Origin: Octopus bimaculoides
Taxonomy: Eukaryota
Direction of reading: 5' to 3'
Assembly: GCF_001194135.2 (NCBI RefSeq)
Contig: NC_069000.1
Span: 1,000,667-1,064,666, forward strand
Length of the DNA: 64,000 bases
In this document: one piece after another, positions 51,955 to 63,770 of the stretch
Numbering within the stretch: the first letter of the stretch is position 1
How the letters are laid out: each line of letters begins with the position of its first letter
Translations under genes and position numbers: made by a program
Notes under the pieces: model-generated
The model's input: only the letters and a program-made list of their open reading frames with translations
Told to the model about the DNA's origin: nothing
Databases searched by the model: none

Positions 51955-52507
51955 TGCTGCTATCAGAAATGGGTTTGTAATTATAAAGTATTGTATTCTA
52001 AATGCTTAAATGTGTCTATAAGAATGCCTGATGTTGTTTTAGCCCTAGGTCAGCCTAGATTGAGTAGACCTAATATCAAAGGCATGCTGGCCTCACCATC
52101 CTCATCTATTTGTAATTCTTGGATTTCCTTTTCCAATGTGTCCTTCTTGTTTTAAGGCTACAGAATGTGATTTGTGGAAATTTCATTGTTATTACAAACC
52201 AATCAAATAACAACATAAAATCTCCCCCGTTGGCAATGGTATAACAGACGTTCCAGGAATCTTGTTGCATTGTCTGTTAGCCACACAAATTAGGTGCCTA
52301 GGAAGGTTCCAACAGGTGTTTCTACTACAGAAATAGTTGCAGCATCCCACACTCCATACAAGAATGGTAAAAGGTAATGGTGTAATTATGTTTTGATTAG
52401 ATTTTCTTTGGCATTTTTCTTATTGTTGTTTTCTATTTTCTCTATTGATGTCTTTTCCCTTCCTTCCTTTCTCCATACTTACCTGCTTCATTTTGATATA
52501 ATTTCAG

Positions 52508-53298
52508 GTATTTACACGACTGAAACAGGAAATGTGTCAGATTTTTACCCAACCCGACTTACACCAGCTAGCTGGACCTTTGGCATTTGGGGTTTTATCT
52601 ATTTCTGGATGATTCTCTGGCTCGTATACAGTACAGTAGCCATCTTTTTGAAAGTCGGCAACGAATATCTTTACACCAGTGTCATCTTCATGCCATGCCT
52701 TTTCTTCTTCATCTATTCTGTCAACTTGCTCCTCAATATCTCTTGGCTCATTCTTTTTGACCGGAAGCTGTTCATAGTCAGCCTTTTCGTGCTGCTGTTC
52801 ATGTTTATCAGTGCGGTCACCTGTGTCTGCATTTCATGCTACGTTCTCACCAACAACTTTGACCTCATCAACGAAACAAAGCTGTCTGTTCATGTCTGGC
52901 TGATTCGTTTTTTCGTGCAGAATGGCATCGCATTTTATGCGGCATGGCTGTTAGTTGCCACTCACTTGAACTTAGACATTGCACTGCGTTACTCCTGGGA
53001 AATCGACAGCGATACCTGTGACCTCACTGCAGTCATTATGCTTCTTGTCATCATCTGCACCTGGTTCCTTCTTGATGTCATTGCCCTTGACAACTACACT
53101 CGTTACCTGTTCAGCGAGTACATTGTGTTCATTGTTGCCTTCTGTGGTGTGGTCTACAAGCAGTTGAATACAGATGTCTACGACCGGATAGACATCTTGA
53201 TTCTGATCTGTTTGTCTGCCAGTGGCGCTTTCTTTGTTTTCAAGATGGCCATTCTCCTCTGGAGACACTTCAGGAAGTCTTCTTATATAACATATTAA
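52508..53298 (+). CDS. Variable terminal exon C; with exon 27398-27506 gives a 299-aa paralogous membrane protein
   Basis: Pyrimidine-rich run and tttcAG at 52506-52507, then GT ATT TAC ACG. Motifs TPASWTFGIWGFIYFW, NISWLILFDRK, QNGIAFYAAW, KMAILLWRH; stop TAA at 53296-53298. Confidence 0.9.
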
Positions 53299-53386
53299 CT
53301 TCAACCACACAGGTTTCCATTACTTTCAGCTCTGACATTCCAGTGTAAAAGTTTGAAAAAAAAATACATGAGTTAAAAATGTAAAT

Positions 53387-53392
53387 ATTAAA
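53387..53392 (+). terminator. Candidate poly(A) signal for isoform C (ATTAAA)
   Basis: ATTAAA about 90 nt after the exon C stop. Motif only. Confidence 0.25.
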
Positions 53393-53619
53393 CATGAGGT
53401 AATAATATAAATTTTAAATATAAAAAATATGAAAATACATAACATGAAAATCTAAAAATCTAATGCGAAGAGCAGTTTAAAAAAAAAAAAATTTAAATTC
53501 AACTAAATTTTTAAAGAAAATTATAGCCTTTTCTATAAAACAATTCACATCAAAGCTAAACCCAGGTCTGACTGAATATACATTTTGTAATACTCGATAT
53601 ATATATCTATGCCTATCTT

Positions 53620-53658
<39 letters not shown>

Positions 53659-54885
53659 CATACAATACATCAATCTGTCCACCTCTGCCATATTCTGTGG
53701 TTACTTTGGATGTTTTTTGTCACATACTCAATGAGAAGAGTTTGTTTGCACTTCGACCTGCAATGTCTTGGAGGAAGGGAGCACTGCATGAGATCACCCC
53801 CACCCACACATGACTCTTTTACAGCCAATTCTGGGAGAGATAAGAAGAAGAGCCAACCCAGTACTTTACTGGTATTTTATCAACCCCAGAAGTATACAAA
53901 GCAAAGTCAATTTTAGCAGGTTTTGAACTCAGAATGCAATAAACCAAACTCAACTGATTCCACCAGTTGACTGCCATCTGTCCCCACCGCCATCCTGTAT
54001 GTGCATTCATAGAATGTTGTTGTTTTTATAGTTTCATCGACTCCCCTGCAATACAGGTTTATATAAGTGTGGGTGTATTGCTCTTAATGCAGAAATATAT
54101 AAACACTGGTTCATTGGGTCACTGTATCTAAAGCTGATCAGCAAACCCTGTACGAGTTACTTCTGAATTTCCCAATCAATGTTCTTTGAATATCAATTAA
54201 GAAGACTATTCTTGCATTATTCCAAGTCAATGCAGACTCAATAGTAGAGTGCCAAGCCAAAGAAGGAGCCCCTACATGCTCATTCAACTAGCTAGAGATG
54301 GCAGCCAAACCCCCACTCAACTTACATGCTTTTGTCATACAAAAAAGAAGAGAGGCATTGGATGTAATATAGACCAAAATATGGTATGTCACATATATGT
54401 GTGTGTGTGTGTGTGTAAAAAAAAAAAGGTTTGATGGCCTCAGCTGTAATCATACGATTACTCAATCATTGCTGACATAAAGCTAAATGAAATAATGGCC
54501 TGTTCCTAACAGCTCATCTACCTCTTTCTACTGCTTTTAAATTGTTTATTTTTCTAATAACCAGTAAATTTAAATTTTTTCCTAATTATAAAAGAAAAGA
54601 AAGAAACAACGAATCAAGAAACTGTTGAAAAACTCTCTAAAGTTCCTGTAGAAGGCATGACCGTCTAATCTTGCGGAATCCCCACCAATTCCAAACATCT
54701 TAATTCATAACCTACCAAAATTGGATAATCAACTTGCTCAATATATCAGTCCATCTTCTCTCAACAGACATTTTACTATTTAAGTCTTGACTTTTTGCTA
54801 ATCCTATTTGTATATCCTTCTCCCCCATCAGTCTCTCTGTCATATTCTACTGTATTATATCATATATTATATTCTAGTATATCAG

Positions 54886-54995
54886 ATATTATATTATATT
54901 ATGTGGCTATGTATTGGTCAAATATTATATTATATTATGTGGCCATGTGTTGGTCAAATATTATATTATATTATGTGACCATATATTGGTCAAAT
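54886..54995. repeat. 36-bp tandem repeat, 3 copies
   Basis: ggtcaa recurs at 54916, 54952 and 54988; unit atattatattatattatgtggc(t/c)atgt(a/g)ttggtcaa. Confidence 0.9.
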
Positions 54996-55699
54996 GTTTC
55001 CTTGGAATCCCAGCATCATTTGGCCAGCCACTGCAGAGGACACAACTAAATCTCAAGGTTTTAGCTCTCTTTGACACAATCCTGCTTGAGACAAATTCTG
55101 GTTCTATAAAAAAAAAAGAAAGAAAGAGAAAATACCTTTCATTTTAAAGTGTTCATATTTTAATTTAAAACTTTTAAATCAGTCATCATAATTTTACAAA
55201 AAAACAAAAACCTTATGTTAAAGACACCAGTCTAATAATGACAATGTTAATTATTTTACTAAATCCCTCCAAATTCTTGATTGTCTTCCAATGGACCTGC
55301 AACATACAGGCAATGTATTTTGTTACAAATCTGACCGTGAAAAGGGTTTTTATGGAGAATTAATTTGTGATGATAAAGAAACAACAAAAAAGCCTGTGAT
55401 GTGGTGTACTCAACCCCAAAGTCATGAGCTGTATTCCTCATTTTAATATCCATTTTTTTAATGCTTGCATGGGTCAGATGGAATTTGTTGAGACAGGTTT
55501 TCAATGGCTGGATGCCCTTCCTGCTACCAACTTTCACCTGTTTGAAAGCAAAGTATTATTTCCTCATCGCCAGACATGTTTTCATGGAAGACTGGGAATG
55601 AATGACCCTGTTTGCATGATGCTGACACCCAATGACAACAATCACGTAATGTCAAGACAAGGAGACACAAAGGCATTCACACTTGGACAAGTTCCTTTG

Positions 55700-55835
55700 T
55701 TTTCAACTGCCAAATACCTTCACAAGGCTTTGGTCAAAGCAGGGCTATAGTAGAGGACACTTGTCCAAAGTGTCACACAGTGGGACTGAAACTGAAACCA
55801 ATGTGGTTGGAAAGCAAACTCCTTCAAACAGCCAC
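55700..55835 (-). mobile_element. Family-2 SINE fragment
   Basis: cacaaggctttggtcaaagcagggctatagtagaggacacttgtccaaagtgtcacacagtgggactgaa. Confidence 0.75.
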
Positions 55836-57149
55836 ACCAAATTCTCTTCTTAAAATTCTTGTGAAATACCTTCTCTCAACAAAACAGTTCTTCCATACTC
55901 CATAACTTTTTTCTATTAAGTAATTAACAGAGGTTTTAATTAAAGGTAATAAATTATTATTTCATAGAGTTAAGGATTTAATCCTTGATTTCCTGAGATT
56001 TTATTCTGCTCACTAATTAAACCCTTCCAGCTTTAAGTTAATTAATGCAAGAGAGTGCAGCACTGCATTTTTAATTAGTACCATGTTTGGCACCAGTGTT
56101 CTTTAGAGTTGGTTCTGTGTATTGAATGTTCTTGACTGGTCGAGACTGGCAAGATTCATGCATTCACAATTAATTTCCATGCTTTGTCGATTGCAAAATA
56201 ATTCTCTGTAACAGTACACAGCCTCCCTTCTCTCTTTCCCCTTCAAACCCTGCCCTACTTTCACTACACAATAAATAAACTGTTTGACCCCTTAGAAAGC
56301 CCTCTGTTCTGATGCATGCACTACAGTCACTTTAATGGACAATAACATCCAGATTCCAAGTAGACGGCTGCCCATAATTCAACTTCTACTACTAAACACT
56401 TACAATAAACAGGATGTTAATAAAAATCTGTTGGAAATACTATAAATAACTTGAAACTAATATCTCATTCATCTAATTTATGTATCATTTATGTGTCATT
56501 AGGCTACCATTAAAAAAATCTCTACTCGTGTGCATGTGTCCACACATTGGAGACAAGAAATATAAATATTATTTTAAAATACTGATGACCATTTTCGATT
56601 CTCTCCTCATTTCAAATCTAGTTATATTTTTTAAGCAAGCCTTAAATTTTTTTTGTATTTTTTTAATCCAAGAGCCCTTTAGAATTTTTAATACTCAGAG
56701 CGTCTGTAAATATCCTGTTCTCTGAATAAAATTTTATATGCTACAATTTGCATGTCAATTTGTCTTGTTTATTTTAAAGTTCACTTTGCCATGGGTCAAA
56801 GGAAATTGTGGAGGTAGATGTTTCTATGGCCGGATGCTCTTCCTGTCACTAAACTTCACAGATAATGTTTCACAGACTTTTTATACAACCGCATACACAC
56901 ACACATGCTAAGGATGGGGCTTTTACATGTTTATTTTATCTGCTAGAAATAGCCCCCCAATCCCAACTGATCATCTAATCCTTTTGATATCTACCTGTCT
57001 GAGACTGCCACCTGGTTCTATTCTACAAATTTCCTGTTTTAAAGGGATCAAAATTAAAACCTTTCATCAAATTTCTTAATTTACATCCCAAACATCAGCA
57101 GTGATTTTCAACAGAAATATCGTAACAAAGGGAAGGATTCCAGTATTTT

Positions 57150-57550
57150 TTATCTTTTACTTGTTTCAGGCATTTGACTGCGGTCATGCTGGGGCACCAC
57201 CTTGAAGAATTTTAGTTGAATGAATCAACCCCAGTACTTATTTTTTTAAAGCCTGGTACTTACTCTATCGATCTCTTTTGCTGAACCACAGGGACATAAA
57301 CACACCAACACCAGTTGTCAAGTGGTGGTGGCGAATAAACATGGACACAAAAACACACACATAGTTATATATATGTACGTATGTATATATATATGGCAGG
57401 CTTCTTTCAGTTTCTGCCTACCAAATCTACTCACAGGGCCTTGGTCAACCTATGGCTGTAGTAGAAGACACATACCCAAGATGCCACACAGTGGAACTGA
57501 ACCCAGAACCAATGATATTAGGAAAGAAGCCTCTTACCATGCAGCCACAC
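57150..57550 (-). mobile_element. Family-2 SINE, near full length
   Basis: ttttacttgtttcaggcatttgactgcggtcatgctggggcacc...ggcttctttcagtttctgcc...agaagacacatacccaagatgccacacagtggaactgaaccc. Confidence 0.8.
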
Positions 57551-58226
57551 TTGTTCACAATTTATGTTATTGACCCCAGAAAGAAGAAAGGCTAAGTTTC
57601 CACAGACATTATTTGAACTCAGGACAATCATTGGATAATGTAGTCATAAATAGTCAATGCCTAAAGACAAAAAAAAATGGTATGATCACAAAAGAAATGT
57701 CTTTGAGCAATAGATCTTTCTAATTACAACTGACCTAGAGTAGAACACCTACACATGTGTTCTCTTCTACAATTGTCACACTTAGAACATTCTAGATTAT
57801 CACAATGTAAAAATATTTATTAGCTCATAATTATTTCTAGCTGTGCAAAATTGAGTCTCTTTTATGTTAACTTAAACATGGTTACATAAAAAGTTGAAGC
57901 TCTATTAATTTCTTGAAGTTATTTTTGATTCCGTTTATATAATCTTGTCTGACAAAACATTATCTTCACCCCATATCAGATAATATGAAATCGTGTCTGA
58001 CTGTTGTCACATGATGTCACCTTCTTTGTTCATTTTATGAAGACATTTTAAAACTAAAAATAAATAAGTGACACACCTCTTGCTTGTATATAACAGCAAC
58101 ACAAAAGTTTCTATTAAAACACTTGACGAAATATCCAAAGTTTTTCAGCAAACTCAACACAGTCATGACAACACAAGAAAATTAATATGAATCATACTGG
58201 AGCACTGTATATGATAACCTCAAGAT

Positions 58227-58500
58227 TATTACCTCCACCTTAACAAAGGCAGAGGTATTGACTTCACTCATGTTTGTTTGTCTGTCTGTGGACAAGATAT
58301 CTCAAGAACTGCTGGATGGATTCGGATGAAACTTTCATGGATGTTTGGCCTTATGACTAGTACGAACTGATTAGATTTTGGGATCGATCTGATACTGGAC
58401 AAGGATTCGAGATTATTTTTCCTGTTATTTTACTTAATTTTTGAGAGCAGTCGGGTTCATCTTTAGAATTCTCGTTTGTGAGAGCAGACGAGTTATTATT
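58227..58500 (+). mobile_element. Partial Helentron-like non-autonomous repeat
   Basis: ttattacctccacc...gaggt...tgtttgtttgtctgtctgtggacaagatatctcaagaac...ggattcggatgaaacttt, the opening pattern typical of such elements. Confidence 0.5.
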
Positions 58501-59862
58501 ATTATTACTGAGGCAGCAAGCTGGCAGAATTTTAAGGGGAGGGGGACAAGTTAATTACATTGACTCCAGTATTTTATCAATCTCAATTTGTTCACCCTTG
58601 TCTCATCACAACAGCAAGGTCCTACATTCTTTAGCTTCGTTATGTCATCCCTAATATTCTTTGATCTACCTGAAACTCTTGTGCTTTCCATGACAATTTT
58701 AATTCACTTCTTCCTCTCTTGTCCATTCCCATTATTGTCCAGATATTGGCATCAAGTCAGCTCTGTAACAATGTTTTAGATATCTTGTTCTTTCTTCAGT
58801 TCAGTTCTATCTGCTTAAAATCCTTTTATTACTATATTCCAATTTAAACACACCATTTACACAATTCTAATCAATTTTTAAAATAATCAAGAATTTGAAA
58901 AGATTGAGTGAAAAAAAACCAAAAAACATTTTCGTTATTAAGCCGATGTTTGGAATATAATTTACTTAAAAGGTTTTTGATAAAATCTGAAATATCTAAA
59001 TTAAATTTTGAACATTTCAAAAGTGCATCTTGCACTAATAAATTATTAAAAAGCACAGAAAACATTTTAAAATAATAAGAAAAAACAAGTTTGTAAGTTT
59101 TTCATCATTTTATTTACTTTTATGGAAAAATATAACTTTTTATATACCAAAAGAAGCAGGTTTCTTTTTTTACAAAAAATATTACCTCACCACTCTTCAC
59201 ATCTTAAATCATATTTTTTCAATTAAGAAATTATTGTTTCATCTGTATTCATTTAGTCTGGCTGTTTAAAACACAAGCTAGTTTATTATTTATTTGTTTA
59301 TGTTTAAATTGTAAAATTTATCAAAGACTATCTTTGTAAAATATAAACGACCAAGTTTGAGATGTCTGAAGAAGGCTCTTCATTCATTCAACCAAACAAC
59401 TATTTAAAGAAATATTACTGGAGTAAAGAAGTCACTAACAGTGCACGTGTGTCTTTGAATGGTGAAAGAAAGGGGTTGGGGAGACTATCAAGAAGCACCA
59501 ATATCGGTTTTAACAGATTCTCAGAAATCTTACCAAAGAAACAAACCTTAAAAAAAAAAAAATCCACAAATACCAAAATCAATAAAGCTTTTTTCCTGCA
59601 ATGAAGACATTGCTTTTAGTGCCAATAGAATTGGTCCTGAATGAATGTGCGTGTAATCTTGTACGCTGTTGAAGAGGAAGACAGAGGTGTGTATGGTAGA
59701 CGGTCTGAGAATGGTCATGGATATAAACCAATTATTATTTGAATTTTGTTTTACTAAAACTGGAATAGAAATTTTAACAATTCAACTCAAAAGAAATAAA
59801 AAAAAAAAAAGATTGAAGGAAAATTTTGGTATTCATTTCAGAATTTAGATACTGATGTCTTT

Positions 59863-59894
<32 letters not shown>

Positions 59895-60965
59895 TTGTTT
59901 GTAAAGGAAAAACCTTACCATAAGCACACTCAGAGATAACCAAACTACGGCACTATGATCTGGTACCAAAGACAGAAATATAGCTTCTCCATTGTTTCTA
60001 ACAATCTGACAAGCAAACAGATTTTGTTCAAGGATTAGAGAAAGAGAAGCAACCTAGCTTTTGTTCTTGTAGCCAGAGCAGACTGACAAGCAAGCCGAAA
60101 CATGTCTGGAGAACTGACGCTGTACTGACCAAAGATCAGATTAAATTAATATTAGTCTTTCTGCTAATGATATTTCCCCCTTAATCGTATGCATAATTCG
60201 CATTTTAATCAAGATTTTGGAGGCTTTGTTGCTTGTCATGTTCTGCTTATATTTGATCTTACTTGGAGTCTTCTCTGTCTAGACCAGATTTAAGTATTGA
60301 GTTCATGTCTCACCCCCACCCTTCACTGCAGGGAAGGGAGAAGTCCCAAACAAAATGTTGCTTACCACAATGAAGTTTCTTAGTATCAACTAAAAGCTTA
60401 GAGGTTTAGCCAAATCTGAATTTGGTACAAAGTTAAAACTATCTTCAATCTTTTGCTCTGAGAAATGTTTTCAAGGAATGCAAGATGTTGAAAGTTGGAC
60501 ATGTGCACTGAAACATCCACTCATGCATGCACCACTACAGCACGATTCTTAAAAATTCATCATCAAAAAGCAATGTTGAAACTTAATTCCGTACAGGGAA
60601 TGTTGTAATAATAATAATAATAATATCATATTTAACACTCATTTTCAGTCACGTTTGTTGACATGGTGATTTAATCAAGAAAGCATTGTTGAGTCATTAA
60701 TATAATTTACACTGTTACATCAGGCTGGCTGCATTATGCTAACACAGATTAGCTTAGTTGTGAGGTCAAGCTAACCATGACCGACCAGAGAGGTTTTATG
60801 CAAACAAAAGTCAGCCACAAATTCAACAAACCCAGTAAAACACTTTCAAAAACAAAACGTTCCGCACAAATCGTTTGTTTTCACTCAACAATAAACATTT
60901 CTACAGAGAGGAAAGTGAGAGTTAATAGAACCAGCTCTCCCCAGTATGCAACTGGTACTTATAAA

Positions 60966-61230
60966 GAGATTCACCATGTAACACATTGTAACAAGATTCA
61001 CTCTAATATAGAAAAGAATTGCCTTGAAATACATTGGAACCAGATTCACCCTGTGAAAGATACAGATATTCACCATGTAACACACATCGTAACAAAACTC
61101 ACCTTGAAACAGATTGTAACAAGACTCACCCTATAATACATTGTAACAAACCTTAAAAACATTCATTTTGTAACAGACTGTAACAAAATTCCCTTTGTAT
61201 CACACTGTAACAAGATTCACTTTGTAACAA
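60966..61230. repeat. Degenerate ~27-bp minisatellite (gattcaccNtgtaacacattgtaacaa-like)
   Basis: Recurrent tgtaacaa and (g)attcacc motifs through the interval. Confidence 0.75.
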
Positions 61231-61914
61231 ATATATGTAAATTGTATCTAGAAGTATATGAGCCATTGAATAGATTCCTCAAAGTAGCAGCCAAACCTCC
61301 CTCAAATTATACCAAAACCATCCTACAAAAACAACAAAGAAACAAAAATAGTCCAAGACATTTAATGCTAGATAAAAAGTAAAGGATGGCCATGGTTGGA
61401 ATGACTGATCATGTGTCTGTTCAGTTAGATCTGGCCTGGGGTTAAATGACAATAGATACAACAAAAATATTCATTACCACCTCCACCGGTACAGAACAAT
61501 TCTAGTCACAAGCCAATGATGGAGCCTCTATGTGGTCACTTGACCAGCTAGAAATAGAAGTTAAAATCTATCAAAATCAGATTCATAGAAAAATATCAGT
61601 AATAAAGCTAAGTGCAATTAAACTTAAATGCCTTGCCAACACACACACACACACACACACACACGCAAAGGGTGGAATAAAATCCAAAATATAATTGTCC
61701 AAATATAGAAAAATTACGAAATTTCTTTTTCTTTGAAAGTTAATCTAGGATTAGAAACACGCAACTAGATACAGTGAAGATTAACGTTGCTTCCGTCAAC
61801 TTTGCAATAAGCCCAACATCCCACTTCACACACCCACAAAAGAATTTGCCTCACCAGGTTCAAATAGAAAGCACAACACAAACAAGGCTTCATCTACCAC
61901 CACAATTATACAAA

Positions 61915-61993
<79 letters not shown>

Positions 61994-62091
61994 AAAATCA
62001 GAGGCTGAACTTGTTTAACAAAATTTCGAAAGCAAATTTACAAACCATAAAACAAAGTTTATTCCAAAAGCCAAGATGACTCAAATATGTA

Positions 62092-62139
<48 letters not shown>

Positions 62140-62498
62140 TAATGCAAAAACGAGAGAAGAAATACACAATACGTGTATGAGAGTTTATTCCTATGAAGCA
62201 GATAATTCACATTGTTGGTATTCAGAGTTTCTTGTGCTGTGTGAAACGAATAGCAACAAAGTGAGATATCATTATATATGTATATGTATATATATATTTA
62301 TATATATGGGAGAGAAAGAAAGAGACAGGGAGAAGAATATAGGCAAGATAATTTGTCAATAAATGGTTAGAAGGATGACATCAACAAGAATATTAACAAC
62401 AATATTTACATACCTTAAACTCACCCATAACAAAAATAAACTTGTGTACATGTGTGTGCATGTATATATGTATGTATGTATGTGTGTGTGTGTGTGTG

Positions 62499-62550
<52 letters not shown>

Positions 62551-62618
62551 AAGCTAATTGAGTAAGTACCACAAATTTGTCAAAATTGTTTGTCTTTTTC
62601 CGGCTGCTTCAGAGATTA

Positions 62619-63072
62619 TCAATTCATGTCATGAGTTGTCGGCAGGGCATATATCGGTGCTTTTATGATAATGGGTTGGTGCGAGTGTAGCCATGTGACT
62701 GTGAAAAACTTACAGAGAAGCATCAGAGCCGACAGGACAAGCAGAACACAGGTCAAGATGGAATTCCTTGGATGGAGAGACAAGTCAAAGTGCTGCACCA
62801 TTATTCCTGTGAAGGCTACGATCAGCACAACGTACGGTGTGAATGTATAGCGGACATATTTGTCAAGAATTATGCAATCAAGCATGAACCACAGAAGCAT
62901 GAGGAGAGCCGCAATTCCAAGTGAAATTGTGCCGGCCATATTTTTATTGATGCCACCACTGTTAGAGAGTACAATGGCAAAGTTGAGCAGTGTAGCAAAA
63001 GTACTCCAAGTTGCATAGAAAGACAATCCATTCTGGACCAGGATACGCATCAACCAGACATCAGTGCCAAGA
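62619..63072 (-). CDS. Last coding exon of a fourth, multi-exon paralog of the same TspO/MBR-like family; upstream exons lie beyond the window
   Basis: Minus-strand acceptor ctatttttccAG (AG at 63074-63073), phase 2, reading x-LGTDVWLMRILVQNGLSFYATWSTFATLLNFAIVL...LWFMLD...YVRYTFTPYVVLIVAF...KFFTVTWLH to TGA at 62621-62619. Aligns with the C-terminal half of exons A, B and C. Confidence 0.88.
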
Positions 63073-63429
63073 CTGGAAAAATAGAGAAGGAAAAAAAAAA
63101 AAGAGAGAAAAAGAAAAGATTAAAACAATTGGAAAAAAAGAAAACTGATTAATAATAATTAAAAAAAAAAGATTTTTAAATGCAGTTTCTTTCATTTTCA
63201 CACAAGACACCATTTGTGAAAAGGATTTAGTTGACCAAAATTGAAAGACTCCAACAGATTAGAATTTTGCTGAGAGGGATTTGGTTGCTATATCTAGCAG
63301 ATTTTGGAATCCTGGCCACCTTTGTTGGCTTCAATGTAGGCAAGTGAGGACTCCTGTGAATATAGAGTTTGAAGAATGTGGAATCCTTCTGGTAATTCAA
63401 CCAAACTCACAGAACTACTTTTAACATTT

Positions 63430-63770
63430 TATTCGTTTCAGTCATTGAACTGCAGCCATGCTGGAGCACTACCTTCAAGGGTTTAACTGAACTTTTTTGC
63501 CTAGAGTTTGGTATTCTATCAGTCTGTTTTGCTGAGCTGCTGGATCATGGAGGTGTAAACAAACCAACACTGGATTGTCAAGTGATGTAGAAACAAAGAC
63601 AGCCATACACATACACATAGATAGGCTTCCACACAATTTCCATCTACCAAATCCATTCATAAAGAGGCATTAACCAACCTGAGGATAGGAGGAGACACTG
63701 GGCCAAGATGCCATGCTGTGCAATTGAACCTCAAACCAAATGGTTGTGAAACAAACCTCTTAACCTCACG
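63430..63770 (-). mobile_element. Family-2 SINE in the intron of the minus-strand paralog
   Basis: gtttcagtcattgaactgcagccatgctggagcact...aggcttccacac...ccaagatgccatgctgtgcaattgaacc. Confidence 0.7.

Noticed and set aside
52393-52507. 301-aa ORF 52393-53298 as a stand-alone gene with a signal-peptide-like N-terminus
   Set aside because: It starts at TTG, not ATG. The first 38 codons are the pyrimidine-rich intron end, and homology to the other exons begins exactly at the AG|GT acceptor.
52972-53310. Antisense or alternate-frame ORFs overlapping the coding exons (also 33253-33486, 39560-39775, 39906-40118, 62665-62850)
   Set aside because: Shadows of hydrophobic coding sequence, with no independent motifs or splice signals.
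54886-54995. 36-bp periodic repeat as a CRISPR-like array
   Set aside because: Head-to-tail units without unique spacers, in a eukaryotic context with no cas genes.
60078-60109. cagactgacaag...ccgaaacatgtctg hammerhead-like string
   Set aside because: The core has CTGACAA instead of CTGANGA, stem II is absent and the triplet geometry is invalid.
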